Positions 27,758 through 36,261 of a stretch of 64,000 nt of DNA are shown piece after piece. Made by a program: the position numbers and the translations under genes. Positions within the stretch are counted from its first letter, which is position 1. The number at the start of each line of letters is the position of its first letter. A model generated the notes under the pieces. The model was given only the letters and a program-made list of their open reading frames with translations. It ran no database searches and was not told where the DNA came from. Source of the stretch: an uncultured bacterium (lineage in GTDB: Bacteria > Cyanobacteriota > Cyanobacteriia > Cyanobacteriales > JAABRE01); contig CAYPSO010000009.1 of NCBI GenBank assembly GCA_964413275.1, positions 3,399-67,398 of the forward strand. The letters run 5' to 3'.

Positions 27758-28864
27758 ATGCTATATATAGTCAACCAACTTATTACTATTTGTGCATTGG
27801 CATTCATAGTTTTTATCTTAAACTCTTCAGGATATTTAGATAAAATAATCAGTTTAATTGTTAAATATTATCGAGATAATAAATGGTTATTTCATATTTT
27901 AATTATAACTACTATTATTTGTACAGTTATTTTTAACAATTATTTTACTGTTTTGATTTTATTTTTAATTATTCTTAAGTTAAGGACACAAATCAGTTTA
28001 AATCGACCAACAATTTTAAGTTATTTATTAACCATAGGATTTTTGGCAGATGCTGCTAATTTAGTAAATAATCCCATTAACAGCATAACAAAAGAATATT
28101 TCCAGATCCCTTGGCTAAGATATTTATTAATTCTAATACCAATTCAAATAATAGTTATTATCAGTAGTATTACTGTAGTTTATCTTTATTTTATTCGTTA
28201 TATCTCATCGGATGTACCTAGGGAAAAAATTATAACTTTAGATAATATAGCAATTGACTTAAAAATTTTTTATCCATTATCGCTATTAATATTAAATAAA
28301 ATTTTTCCTAGTTTTTCTGCGTTAATAAGTTTAATAGTGGTGATAATATTAATATTTTTCACCACAGAAACAAAAATACAATTTAACTTGTTACGACAAA
28401 TACCTTGGTTAAGTTTAGGAATTGTTTTTATGCTTTATACCATAGGAATAATTTTAGGAAAATTAGGATTAATTGAAATGATAACATTAATTATAAAAAA
28501 TAATGCTAACTGGGGAATAACTTTTGCTAGTATTACTACAGGATTATTAGCTACATTGCAGTCTATTGTAATTAACAATTTTCCAGCGATTACTAATAAT
28601 AACCTAGCAATTGATCGAGCAAATATTACAGATTCAGCTATTAAAGAAATAATGATTTATGGGAACATTATTGGTTGTGTAATTGGTGCGAAAATTACAC
28701 CAGTTGGTAGTATTTCAACCCTGTTATGGTATGGACAATTAAAAAATCAAAACTTAGGATTGCATTGGCTCAGATATGTCACCATTAATTTAGCTTTAAC
28801 CTTGCCAGTTTTATTTATTGCTTTGTTGTTTTTGGCTATATGGCTTCCTTGGTTAATTGTATAG
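27758..28864 (+). CDS. ArsB/NhaD-superfamily permease, short and very A+T-rich
   Basis: The C-terminal block AIKEIMIYGNIIGCVIGAKITPVGSISTLLWYGQLKNQNLGLHW...LTLPVLFIALL closely parallels E. coli ArsB as I recall it ([29 protein letters not shown]...). GFLADAANL also parallels GFIADTASL. The start lies 2 nt after the ureF stop. Confidence 0.65.
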   Translation: MLYIVNQLITICALAFIVFILNSSGYLDKIISLIVKYYRDNKWLFHILIITTIICTVIFNNYFTVLILFLIILKLRTQISLNRPTILSYLLTIGFLADAANLVNNPINSITKEYFQIPWLRYLLILIPIQIIVIISSITVVYLYFIRYISSDVPREKIITLDNIAIDLKIFYPLSLLILNKIFPSFSALISLIVVIILIFFTTETKIQFNLLRQIPWLSLGIVFMLYTIGIILGKLGLIEMITLIIKNNANWGITFASITTGLLATLQSIVINNFPAITNNNLAIDRANITDSAIKEIMIYGNIIGCVIGAKITPVGSISTLLWYGQLKNQNLGLHWLRYVTINLALTLPVLFIALLFLAIWLPWLIV

Positions 28865-28879
28865 AAGTTAATAGTTAGT

Positions 28880-29000
28880 TTTTTCATTGAAGATTAAACA
28901 TTGAACATTGATAAATGGTAAATAATGAAAGCCAATCGCTAAAAGCTAATTGCTAAAAGCTAATTGCTAAAAGCTAATTGCTAATTGCTAACCGCTAATT
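28880..29000 (+). repeat. Composite STRR-like element: (CATTGAA)n - AAATG/TAAATAA core - (GCTAAAA GCTAATT)n
   Basis: Read directly. The same architecture occurs inverted at 63643-63760. Confidence 0.8.
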
Positions 29001-29417
29001 AAATAATTCAAATACTTGACGACAAAAAATTTTTAATTTATCTTCCACATCCTTAGTTGGTTGATAATTACCCTCTATTTTCCAATTTTCAATAGTTGAG
29101 AAACGCCAAGCTTGTCCTTGATGATTAAAACCCGCAGTTTCTATACCAATTAATCTACGTTGATTTTCCAGAGTATCTTGATAAAAACGAATTTGAACTA
29201 AAATACTACGACACTGAAAACGCCGACTCCACCCCGGAAAATGAAAACCAATATCAATCGAGTCAGGATCTACTAATTCTATAGTATCTGGGTCATTTTT
29301 CCAGGGTTTAAGATCCGATTTGGCATCGGGAAATTCAGCTTTAAATAAATTGACAACCGCAGCAATTTTGGTAGTAAAGTCTAAACCGATGGCTTGTTCT
29401 GATGCGTTCATAAGCAA
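28995..29417 (-). CDS. Conserved hypothetical protein
   Basis: 140-aa ORF with no recognised motif. Its stop lies inside the heptamer array. Confidence 0.45.
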   Translation of the reverse strand: MLMNASEQAIGLDFTTKIAAVVNLFKAEFPDAKSDLKPWKNDPDTIELVDPDSIDIGFHFPGWSRRFQCRSILVQIRFYQDTLENQRRLIGIETAGFNHQGQAWRFSTIENWKIEGNYQPTKDVEDKLKIFCRQVFELFN

Positions 29418-29658
29418 AACTCCTGATTATGGTATTTTTAAGTTATATTAAAGGAAAATTAAAGTTGATTTTTTCAAAATCATTTAATTTACTTATTGGT
29501 ATTTCCTTAGAGAAAAACAGATTTATAATTTAGAACATATATTGAATCAATAAAAAAATTATTATCTATTATATGTATATTAATAATATTAATTGATAAT
29601 ATTGTTTTCAGCTTACCCAAGAATATGTTTTAATGTTGGCATTGGGTCTTTTTAAAAA

Positions 29659-30579
29659 ATGATAGAAATTTTGATAATTGACGATCATCCTTTACTTTGT
29701 GAAGTATTACAAAGTCGCTTAGAGGTAGAAAAAGATTTTAAAGTAGTCGGCCGTTTTTACGATGGAGAAGCAGCTATTGAGCAAGTGAAAAAACTTCAAC
29801 CAGATATAGTCTTGATTGATGTAGAAATGCCAAAAATGGATGGTTTTACTGCCACCAGAATTATTACTCAAAATAATCCTAAAACTAAAGTGATTATTTT
29901 AACAGCACATACAGATGAAATTTATTTAAAAAAAGCTTTAGAAGCCGGAGCAAAAAGTTATTTACCTAAAAATACTACCGCCGAAGATTTAAAAAATGTA
30001 ATTCTTTCCGTTTATCATGATGATAGTCAAATTAGTAGGCAAATATGGGAAAAATTCCGAGAAACCCTAGAGGAAATGCAATTATTAATCGATACAAAAT
30101 TCCTAGAAAATCAGGAAGAATTTCAAAAAAGTCAAAAACAATTTCAGAAAAATATTAATAGACTTTCTCAGCAGGGAATTGATTTATATCAAAAACTTGA
30201 ATATTTACAAGATAATCTTGAATCCAAATATCAATATCTTGAAGAAGAATTTAATAATTTTACAGCAAAAACTAATTATAGTTTGCAAAATTTAAATATT
30301 AATGAAAGTGAATATAGCAAAAATTTAAAAACCATTAATAAACTTAAAATAGACTTTAAAAATACTTTAAATCAACTTAACGAAGCAGGTTTTAATCCAG
30401 ATAACTTTAACAAATTTTATAAATTAGAAGAACAAGTTAAACGATATAAAACCTATGTACACGAACTTCGCAGACAAGAAAATGAAGTGAAAAAAAATTC
30501 TTCAGTCAGTTTATTTGTTTCTTTTTTTGCACTTTTTTTAAGCTCTTTGAGCTTATTTTTAAATTTTCTTTTGAGATAA
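29659..30579 (+). CDS. Response regulator: NarL-type receiver + ~160-aa coiled coil + C-terminal hydrophobic tail (no DNA-binding domain)
   Basis: ILIIDDHPLL...DIVLIDVEMPKMDG...ILTAH...KSYLPK (REC domain), then a Q/E/K/N-rich coiled coil, ending in SSVSLFVSFFALFLSSLSLFLNFLLR. Confidence 0.8.
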   Translation: MIEILIIDDHPLLCEVLQSRLEVEKDFKVVGRFYDGEAAIEQVKKLQPDIVLIDVEMPKMDGFTATRIITQNNPKTKVIILTAHTDEIYLKKALEAGAKSYLPKNTTAEDLKNVILSVYHDDSQISRQIWEKFRETLEEMQLLIDTKFLENQEEFQKSQKQFQKNINRLSQQGIDLYQKLEYLQDNLESKYQYLEEEFNNFTAKTNYSLQNLNINESEYSKNLKTINKLKIDFKNTLNQLNEAGFNPDNFNKFYKLEEQVKRYKTYVHELRRQENEVKKNSSVSLFVSFFALFLSSLSLFLNFLLR

Positions 30580-30713
30580 AATTAGCAAAATAAATATTAT
30601 TAAATTTAAGTAATCTTAAGAATTTAACTAAAGATGTTAACATTAGTGCAAAATTCATCCCATCGACAAATTAAGAGTTTGATCGGCACATTTTAAGATA
30701 AAATCTGTGATGG

Positions 30714-30727
30714 CCTAGTTAACTAGG
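30714..30727. promoter_or_regulatory. Perfect 14-bp palindrome CCTAGTTAACTAGG ~60 nt upstream of btpA
   Basis: Read directly. The function is unknown. Confidence 0.2.
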
Positions 30728-30788
30728 AACTGTGGTCAATTATACTTTTGATTCTTTTTTATTAAAGCGGTGCGTTAGGTAAAATTAA

Positions 30789-31631
30789 GTGAACTTATAT
30801 CAAATTTTCAACACAAATAATCCGATTATTGGCGTGGTTCATCTATTACCATTGCCAACTTCTGCTCGTTGGGGAGGTAATCTAAAAACAGTAATAGATA
30901 GAGCAGAACAAGAAGCCGCAGCTTTAGCGGCTGGAGGAGTAGATGGTATTATTATCGAGAATTTTTTTGATGCCCCTTTCACACCTGAACAAGTTGATCC
31001 CGCAGTCGTTAGTGCCATAACCTTGATTATGGACAGGGTAATGAATTTAGTAATGTTACCTGTCGGAATTAATGTGTTGAGGAATGATGCTAAAAGTGCT
31101 ATGGCGATCGCATCTTGCGTAGAAGCTCAATTTATTAGAGTTAATGTGCTAACAGGAGTCATGGCCACAGATCAAGGAATAATTGAAGGAAAAGCCCATC
31201 AATTGTTGCGTTATCGCCGAGAATTGGACTCTGATATTGCTATTTTAGCAGATGTATTAGTTAAACACGCTCGACCATTAGGAGCTCCTAATTTAACAGT
31301 AGCAGTACAGGATACCATTGAAAGAGGTTTAGCCGATGGAGTAATTCTTTCAGGATGGGCGACTGGGCAACCTCCTAGCTTAGAAGACTTAGAATTAGCT
31401 TCAGCCGCCGCAGGAGATACTCCAGTATTTATTGGTAGTGGCGCAAATTGGGAAAATATACCCCAATTAATGCAAGCCGCCGATGGAGTAATTGTTGCTA
31501 GTTCCCTCAAACGTAATGGTAAAATAACCGAACCGATAGATCATCTTAGTGTTGCTCAATTCGTAGAATCTGCCAGAAGTGTTGTTAAACCTGAAAATAA
31601 ATTTAAAGCAATATCTCAAATTAAAATGTAG
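30789..31631 (+). CDS. btpA: BtpA/SgcQ-family protein (photosystem I biogenesis BtpA), GTG start
   Basis: PIIGVVHLLPLPTSARWGG...GVDGIIIENFFDAPF. Confidence 0.85.
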   Translation: MNLYQIFNTNNPIIGVVHLLPLPTSARWGGNLKTVIDRAEQEAAALAAGGVDGIIIENFFDAPFTPEQVDPAVVSAITLIMDRVMNLVMLPVGINVLRNDAKSAMAIASCVEAQFIRVNVLTGVMATDQGIIEGKAHQLLRYRRELDSDIAILADVLVKHARPLGAPNLTVAVQDTIERGLADGVILSGWATGQPPSLEDLELASAAAGDTPVFIGSGANWENIPQLMQAADGVIVASSLKRNGKITEPIDHLSVAQFVESARSVVKPENKFKAISQIKM

Positions 31632-31697
31632 TCGTTAATATATTTAATAGTTAGAAGTTAATAACTAATAACTGATAATTAATAACTGATAATTAAT

Positions 31698-32666
31698 ATG
31701 ATTCGTCGACGTTCACTTCCTTGGATTTATCGTTGGTCACGCCCTATAATTGGTGGAATAGCTGTTGTAGGTGCTAGTCTAACTGGTTATCTCACCTATG
31801 TAAAACTGACTGGAGGAGCAGTAGCTTGTGGTGTAGATGCTGCTTCTAGTAGTGGTTGTAATGATGTTCTTTCTAGTCCCTATGCTACTGTATTTGGCTT
31901 ACCCCTAACCATATTTGGTTTTCTAGCTTATTTCAGTATGGCAGTTTTTGCCCTAAGTCCTTCATTTATTAGTCCCGATAGTAATAAAAAACTGAGAAAT
32001 AATTTAGAAAATTGGACTTGGTTGCTACTACTCGCTGGTGGTACAGCTATGGCTACATTTAGTGGCTATTTGATGTATGTATTATTTTTTGAATTACAGT
32101 CTGTGTGTTATTACTGTATAGGTTCAGCTTTATTTTGTCTTAGTCTGCTCGCTTTAACTATTTTAGGACGAGATTGGGAAGATGTAGGACAAATATTTTT
32201 TACCATGATTATTGTCTTTATGATTACCATAGTCGGTACTTTAGGAGTTTATGCCAATGTTAATGGTTCAGTAAATGCTGATGGTAAAATTCCTATTACT
32301 CAACCTAAAGAAGCTCCTAAACCCCCTGAAGGTTGGCCAATTACAACAACATCAGGGGAATCAGAAGTTGCCTTAGCCCAACATTTAACTGCAATAGGTG
32401 CTAAAAAATTTGGTGCATTTTGGTGTCCCCATTGTTACGATCAAAAACAAGTATTTGGTAAAGAAGCTTTTGCCCAAATAAATTATATCGAATGTGATCC
32501 TAATGGTAAAAATCCTCAACCTCAAGTTTGTCAAGATGTAGGGATTAAAGGTTTTCCAAGTTGGGAAATTAAAGGAAAATTATATTCAGGAACACAATCC
32601 CTTGAGAAACTAGCCGAATTATCTAATTATCAAGGTTCTCAAGATTTCCGCTATAGTCTGCCCTAA
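31698..32666 (+). CDS. Vitamin K epoxide reductase (VKOR) fused to a thioredoxin-like domain
   Basis: Five TM spans with loop cysteines (ACGVDAASSSGC) and a membrane CYYC, plus a C-terminal Trx fold with FWCPHC. Confidence 0.85.
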   Translation: MIRRRSLPWIYRWSRPIIGGIAVVGASLTGYLTYVKLTGGAVACGVDAASSSGCNDVLSSPYATVFGLPLTIFGFLAYFSMAVFALSPSFISPDSNKKLRNNLENWTWLLLLAGGTAMATFSGYLMYVLFFELQSVCYYCIGSALFCLSLLALTILGRDWEDVGQIFFTMIIVFMITIVGTLGVYANVNGSVNADGKIPITQPKEAPKPPEGWPITTTSGESEVALAQHLTAIGAKKFGAFWCPHCYDQKQVFGKEAFAQINYIECDPNGKNPQPQVCQDVGIKGFPSWEIKGKLYSGTQSLEKLAELSNYQGSQDFRYSLP

Positions 32667-32701
32667 ATTAGTTAAACCATCCCAATATTAAACTTCAATC
32701 T

Positions 32702-32718
32702 GGTGGGCATTGCCCACC
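32702..32718. repeat. GGTGGGCATTGCCCACC palindrome (short form of the 'GGTGGGCA' family)
   Basis: Read directly, 36 nt after the VKOR stop. Confidence 0.7.
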
Positions 32719-32765
32719 TTGCTATTTTTTATAATTTCTCAAATTAGTGTTATAACTATTAACTA

Positions 32766-32835
32766 TTAACCGCTAACAGCTAAAAGCTAAAAGCTAAAAG
32801 CTAACCGCTAACCGCTAACTAATAACTAATAACAA
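32766..32835. repeat. Heptamer (STRR-like) array AACTATT/AACCGCT/AAAAGCT/AACTAAT, about 10 units in phase
   Basis: Read directly. It ends 3 nt before the SLC13 start codon. Confidence 0.8.
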
Positions 32836-32838
32836 AAA

Positions 32839-34629
32839 ATGACCATTGTTCTTACTTTTGGGGTTTTAATTGTTGCTTTAATTTGTTTTATTGTTGAATG
32901 GTTTCCCGTTGATTTTACTGCCCTTTGCGTTGCCATAGCTTTAATGTTGTTAGGGTTAGTAACCCCAGAAGAAGGTATTTCTGGCTTTAGTAGTTCTGCC
33001 ACAATTACAGTTATGGCCATGTTTATCCTTAGTGCTGGTATTGCTCGCACTGGTGCAATTAGCTCTCTCAGAGATTTATTACTAAAATGGGGAGGGAAAA
33101 ATGCAGCTCAACAAATACTGGTAATGGGATTAATTGTAGGGCCAATTAGTGCCTTTATTAATAATACTGCGGTGGTAGCCATATTTTTACCCATCATAGA
33201 AGATTGGTGTAAAAAAACAGGTATTTCTGTCTCAAAATTACTTATTCCCTTATCCTACGCTACGATTTTAGGAGGAATGCTCACTTTAATTGGTACTTCT
33301 ACTAATATTTTAGCTAGTGGCATTTCTAAACAATTAGGCTATGGAGAATTTGAGTTATTTCAATTTAGTATCTTAGGAATATTTACCTTTTTAATTGGTA
33401 CTTTATACTTGACAGTAATCACCCCTTTTTTATTGCCTAATCGTAAACCTTCTAACGATAATTCTATCTCCCAAGATTACCAATTAAAAGAGTATATAAC
33501 CGAGTTATTAATTACCCCTCGTTCTAGTTTAATTGGACAAACTTTAAGAAATACAGAAATTCAAAGAAAATTTGATATAGATGTCTTAGAAATTATCCGT
33601 AATGATATTCACTTTCCTCAACCTTTAGGAGATAAAATTCTTAACGCTGGAGACATTTTACTTGTCAGAAGTGGTAAAGAAGAACTTTTAAAAATTCGTG
33701 AAGAAAAAGGTTTAGAGTTATTAGCAGATGTTAAATTTGAAGATGAAGCTTTAGAAGTCGAATTAAATACTGGACAGGAAAAAATTGCCGAAGTCTTAAT
33801 ACTTTCTAATTCCCGTTTAATTGGTTCTACCCTTAAAGATTTAAGATTCAGACAGCGTTATAATGCCACAGTTATCGCCATTCGTCGAGGTCAAGAATTA
33901 ATCAGACAACGTTTAGGCAAAGTATCCCTTCGTTTTGGTGATTTATTATTAGTTCAAGGACCAAAAGAAAGCTTTTTAGGATTACAAACTACCAGAGAAT
34001 TATTAGTTCTTGAAGAAAGAAATGTAGAAAACTTTCGCCAAGATAAAGCTATTATTGCTGTAGGTATCGTATTAGGAGTTGTTTTAGTTGCTGCCTTAAC
34101 TCCTTTTCCTATCTTAGTTAGTGCTTTAGCTGGTGTAGTATTAATGGTATTTACAGGTTGTTTAAAACCGGGGGAAATTTACGGTGCAATACGTTGGGAT
34201 GTAATTTTTTTATTAGCTGGTTTAATTCCTTTAGGCATAGCTATGGATAAATCAGGGGCAACTCAATGGCTAGCAGATAATTTATTACGTTTAGGGGGAG
34301 AATTTTCTGGTTATTGGATTTTACTGTTTTTCTTTGGTATTACTTCTATTTTGACAGAAATTCTTTCCAATAATGCTTCAGTGGTTTTAATGATTCCCGT
34401 TGCCGTTAAGGTGGCAGTGGCTTTAAATCTTAACCCCTATGCTTTTATGTATGCAGTGACCTTTGCTGCTTCTAATAGCTTTGCTACTCCCATTGGCTAT
34501 CAAACTAATACGATGGTATATGGTGCAGGTGGTTATAAATTTCTTGATTTTATGCGTATAGGAGGCCCATTAAATTTATTAATGATGGTGATTACACCTT
34601 TGTTAATCGTTTGGTTATATGGCTTATAA
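32839..34629 (+). CDS. SLC13/DASS-family permease with two central TrkA-C (RCK_C) domains
   Basis: 596 aa: TM bundle, two soluble repeats (GQTLRNTEIQRKFDIDVLEIIRN...; GSTLKDLRFRQRYNATVIAIRRG...), then a second TM bundle. Confidence 0.85.
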   Translation: MTIVLTFGVLIVALICFIVEWFPVDFTALCVAIALMLLGLVTPEEGISGFSSSATITVMAMFILSAGIARTGAISSLRDLLLKWGGKNAAQQILVMGLIVGPISAFINNTAVVAIFLPIIEDWCKKTGISVSKLLIPLSYATILGGMLTLIGTSTNILASGISKQLGYGEFELFQFSILGIFTFLIGTLYLTVITPFLLPNRKPSNDNSISQDYQLKEYITELLITPRSSLIGQTLRNTEIQRKFDIDVLEIIRNDIHFPQPLGDKILNAGDILLVRSGKEELLKIREEKGLELLADVKFEDEALEVELNTGQEKIAEVLILSNSRLIGSTLKDLRFRQRYNATVIAIRRGQELIRQRLGKVSLRFGDLLLVQGPKESFLGLQTTRELLVLEERNVENFRQDKAIIAVGIVLGVVLVAALTPFPILVSALAGVVLMVFTGCLKPGEIYGAIRWDVIFLLAGLIPLGIAMDKSGATQWLADNLLRLGGEFSGYWILLFFFGITSILTEILSNNASVVLMIPVAVKVAVALNLNPYAFMYAVTFAASNSFATPIGYQTNTMVYGAGGYKFLDFMRIGGPLNLLMMVITPLLIVWLYGL

Positions 34630-34674
34630 AATATTAACTAACGTTACGCAAAAGGTATTAACTGTTAGCTGAAT

Positions 34675-34709
34675 ACTAACTACTAACTACTGACTACTGA
34701 CTACTACTT
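34675..34709. repeat. Heptamer array TACTAAC x2, TACTGAC x2, TACTACT
   Basis: Read directly. The related CTGACTA run is at 20851-20868. Confidence 0.75.
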
Positions 34710-34718
34710 TGCGTAACA

Positions 34719-34967
34719 TCAGATATTAAGTTGATTGATTGGTATAAAATTTTCGTGGGGCAATAAAATTGGTTTCTTACTACAAATTACTTGCCCTCGA
34801 TAGTTTTCAGGATTAATAGCTACTCCTATGGGTTGTTTATGATGATGACCTTCTACTTGAGCATAAGCTAAATAAATTTGTCTAGCTGCTCTTAATAAAC
34901 TTGGATTTAGTAATAAGGTTTTACTATTTTGCTTTTGATTAAGAATTTTTTCTGTTGGCTGAACCAT
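34719..34967 (-). CDS. Hypothetical small protein
   Basis: 82-aa ORF only; no motif recognised. Confidence 0.3.
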   Translation of the reverse strand: MVQPTEKILNQKQNSKTLLLNPSLLRAARQIYLAYAQVEGHHHKQPIGVAINPENYRGQVICSKKPILLPHENFIPINQLNI

Positions 34968-35058
34968 TAATCAATACCTTTCCAAAATATTTAACTTGAC
35001 TTTAATGTATTCTGGGATCATAGTGCAACAGTATTGGTTAGTAGTTAGTGGTTTGTAG

Positions 35059-36151
35059 TTAGTTATTAGTTATTGGTTTTTCATTAAGCTCTCTTAGAGA
35101 ATTGTAGGTCAAAGCTTTGGGTTCAACTATATCATCAACTAAGTTAACCAAAAACGCAGCAATTAAAAAAGAAAAACCACTTAAAACTACAGCCAATAAA
35201 CGATTATTATTTAAAAAATAATTCATCACCCAACCTAAACCAAGGGCAGCAATAATTTGGGGAATAACAATAAAAGCATTAAAAATTCCCATATAAATAC
35301 CAATATTTTGACGGGGAAGACAGGGAGACAAAATCGCATAAGGCATAGATAAAATGAATCCCGTCAGTATAAAGTTGAGAATTTTGATCCGTTGCCCCAA
35401 AAATCTCATGGGCAACTGCGGTAGGAAAATATAAAAATACAGCAAACATTCCTAACCAAGTAAAAAATTGTACCCAAGCAAGTTGCTTCATGGTGGTGGG
35501 CATTTTTTTAATTAGGAGAAATATTTCTTGAAAATTTTGATTTTCTTGAAGTTTAGCCGGTTGTTCAGGAGGAGATTCTTCTGTATTAAAAACAGTCCAG
35601 GTAATGGAAGCTAAAAAAATAGCTGCACCAATATAAAAAGATAATTTAATGCCAAAAATATTATCTAATAACCAAGGTAAAACAGCAGCAACGACAGCAC
35701 CACAACCAATAAAAAAGCTTTGCATGGAAAAGCCTTTAGTACGCTGTTTTTCTGGTAAAGAATCAGTGAGAAATGCTCGAAAAGGTTCTGTCGTAATATT
35801 AATTGAAGTATCTAAAATCCACAATAAACCAGCAGCCATCCATAAAGATGAAGAGTTTGGCATTAATAATAAAGCTACAGAAGCAAGAATTGCACCGACA
35901 AAAAAATAAGGTCTTCTTCTACCCAAAAATGTCCAAGTGCGATCGCTGAAATAACCAATAATTGGTTGGGCAATTAAACCACTTAACGGTGCTGCTAACC
36001 AGAGCATAGGAATTTGTTCGGGATTAGCTCCTAAATATTCATAAATGGCACTGGTATTGGCCATTTGTAAAGCCCAGCCAAATTGTACGCCAAAAAATCC
36101 AAAAGTTAAATTCCATAGTTGCCAAAAATTTAAGTTTTTTTTCTGTGTCAT
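35059..36151 (-). pseudogene. Disrupted MFS sugar:H+ symporter (SLC45/GPH sucrose-transporter-like): frameshift plus probable internal deletion
   Basis: The two overlapping track ORFs (35279..36151, 35059..35445) carry consecutive parts of one transporter. These are GYFSDRTWTFLGRRRPYF... in the first and ...SMPYAILSPCLPRQNIGIYMGIFNAFIVIPQI in the second. The combined good sequence is about 360 aa, against about 430-460 expected. Confidence 0.65.
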
Positions 36152-36236
36152 TAAGCATTTGATAATTGAACAAGATCATCTGATTCAGTAATTTTTTCGC
36201 AACTCATCTCATCTCTGCTCAGAAATTACTGAAAAT

Positions 36237-36257
36237 GGTGGGTATTGCCCACCCTAC
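36237..36257. repeat. GGTGGGTATTGCCCACCCTAC palindrome ('GGTGGGCA' family)
   Basis: Read directly, 5 nt downstream of the stop of the 826-aa gene (minus strand). Confidence 0.7.
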
Positions 36258-36261
36258 AAAT

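Noticed and set aside
28937-29000. The regularly spaced short repeats (here and at 32766-32835, 63643-63700) as possible CRISPR arrays
   Set aside because: The period is 7 or 14 nt with no unique spacers, and no cas genes are present. These are STRR-type microsatellite arrays.
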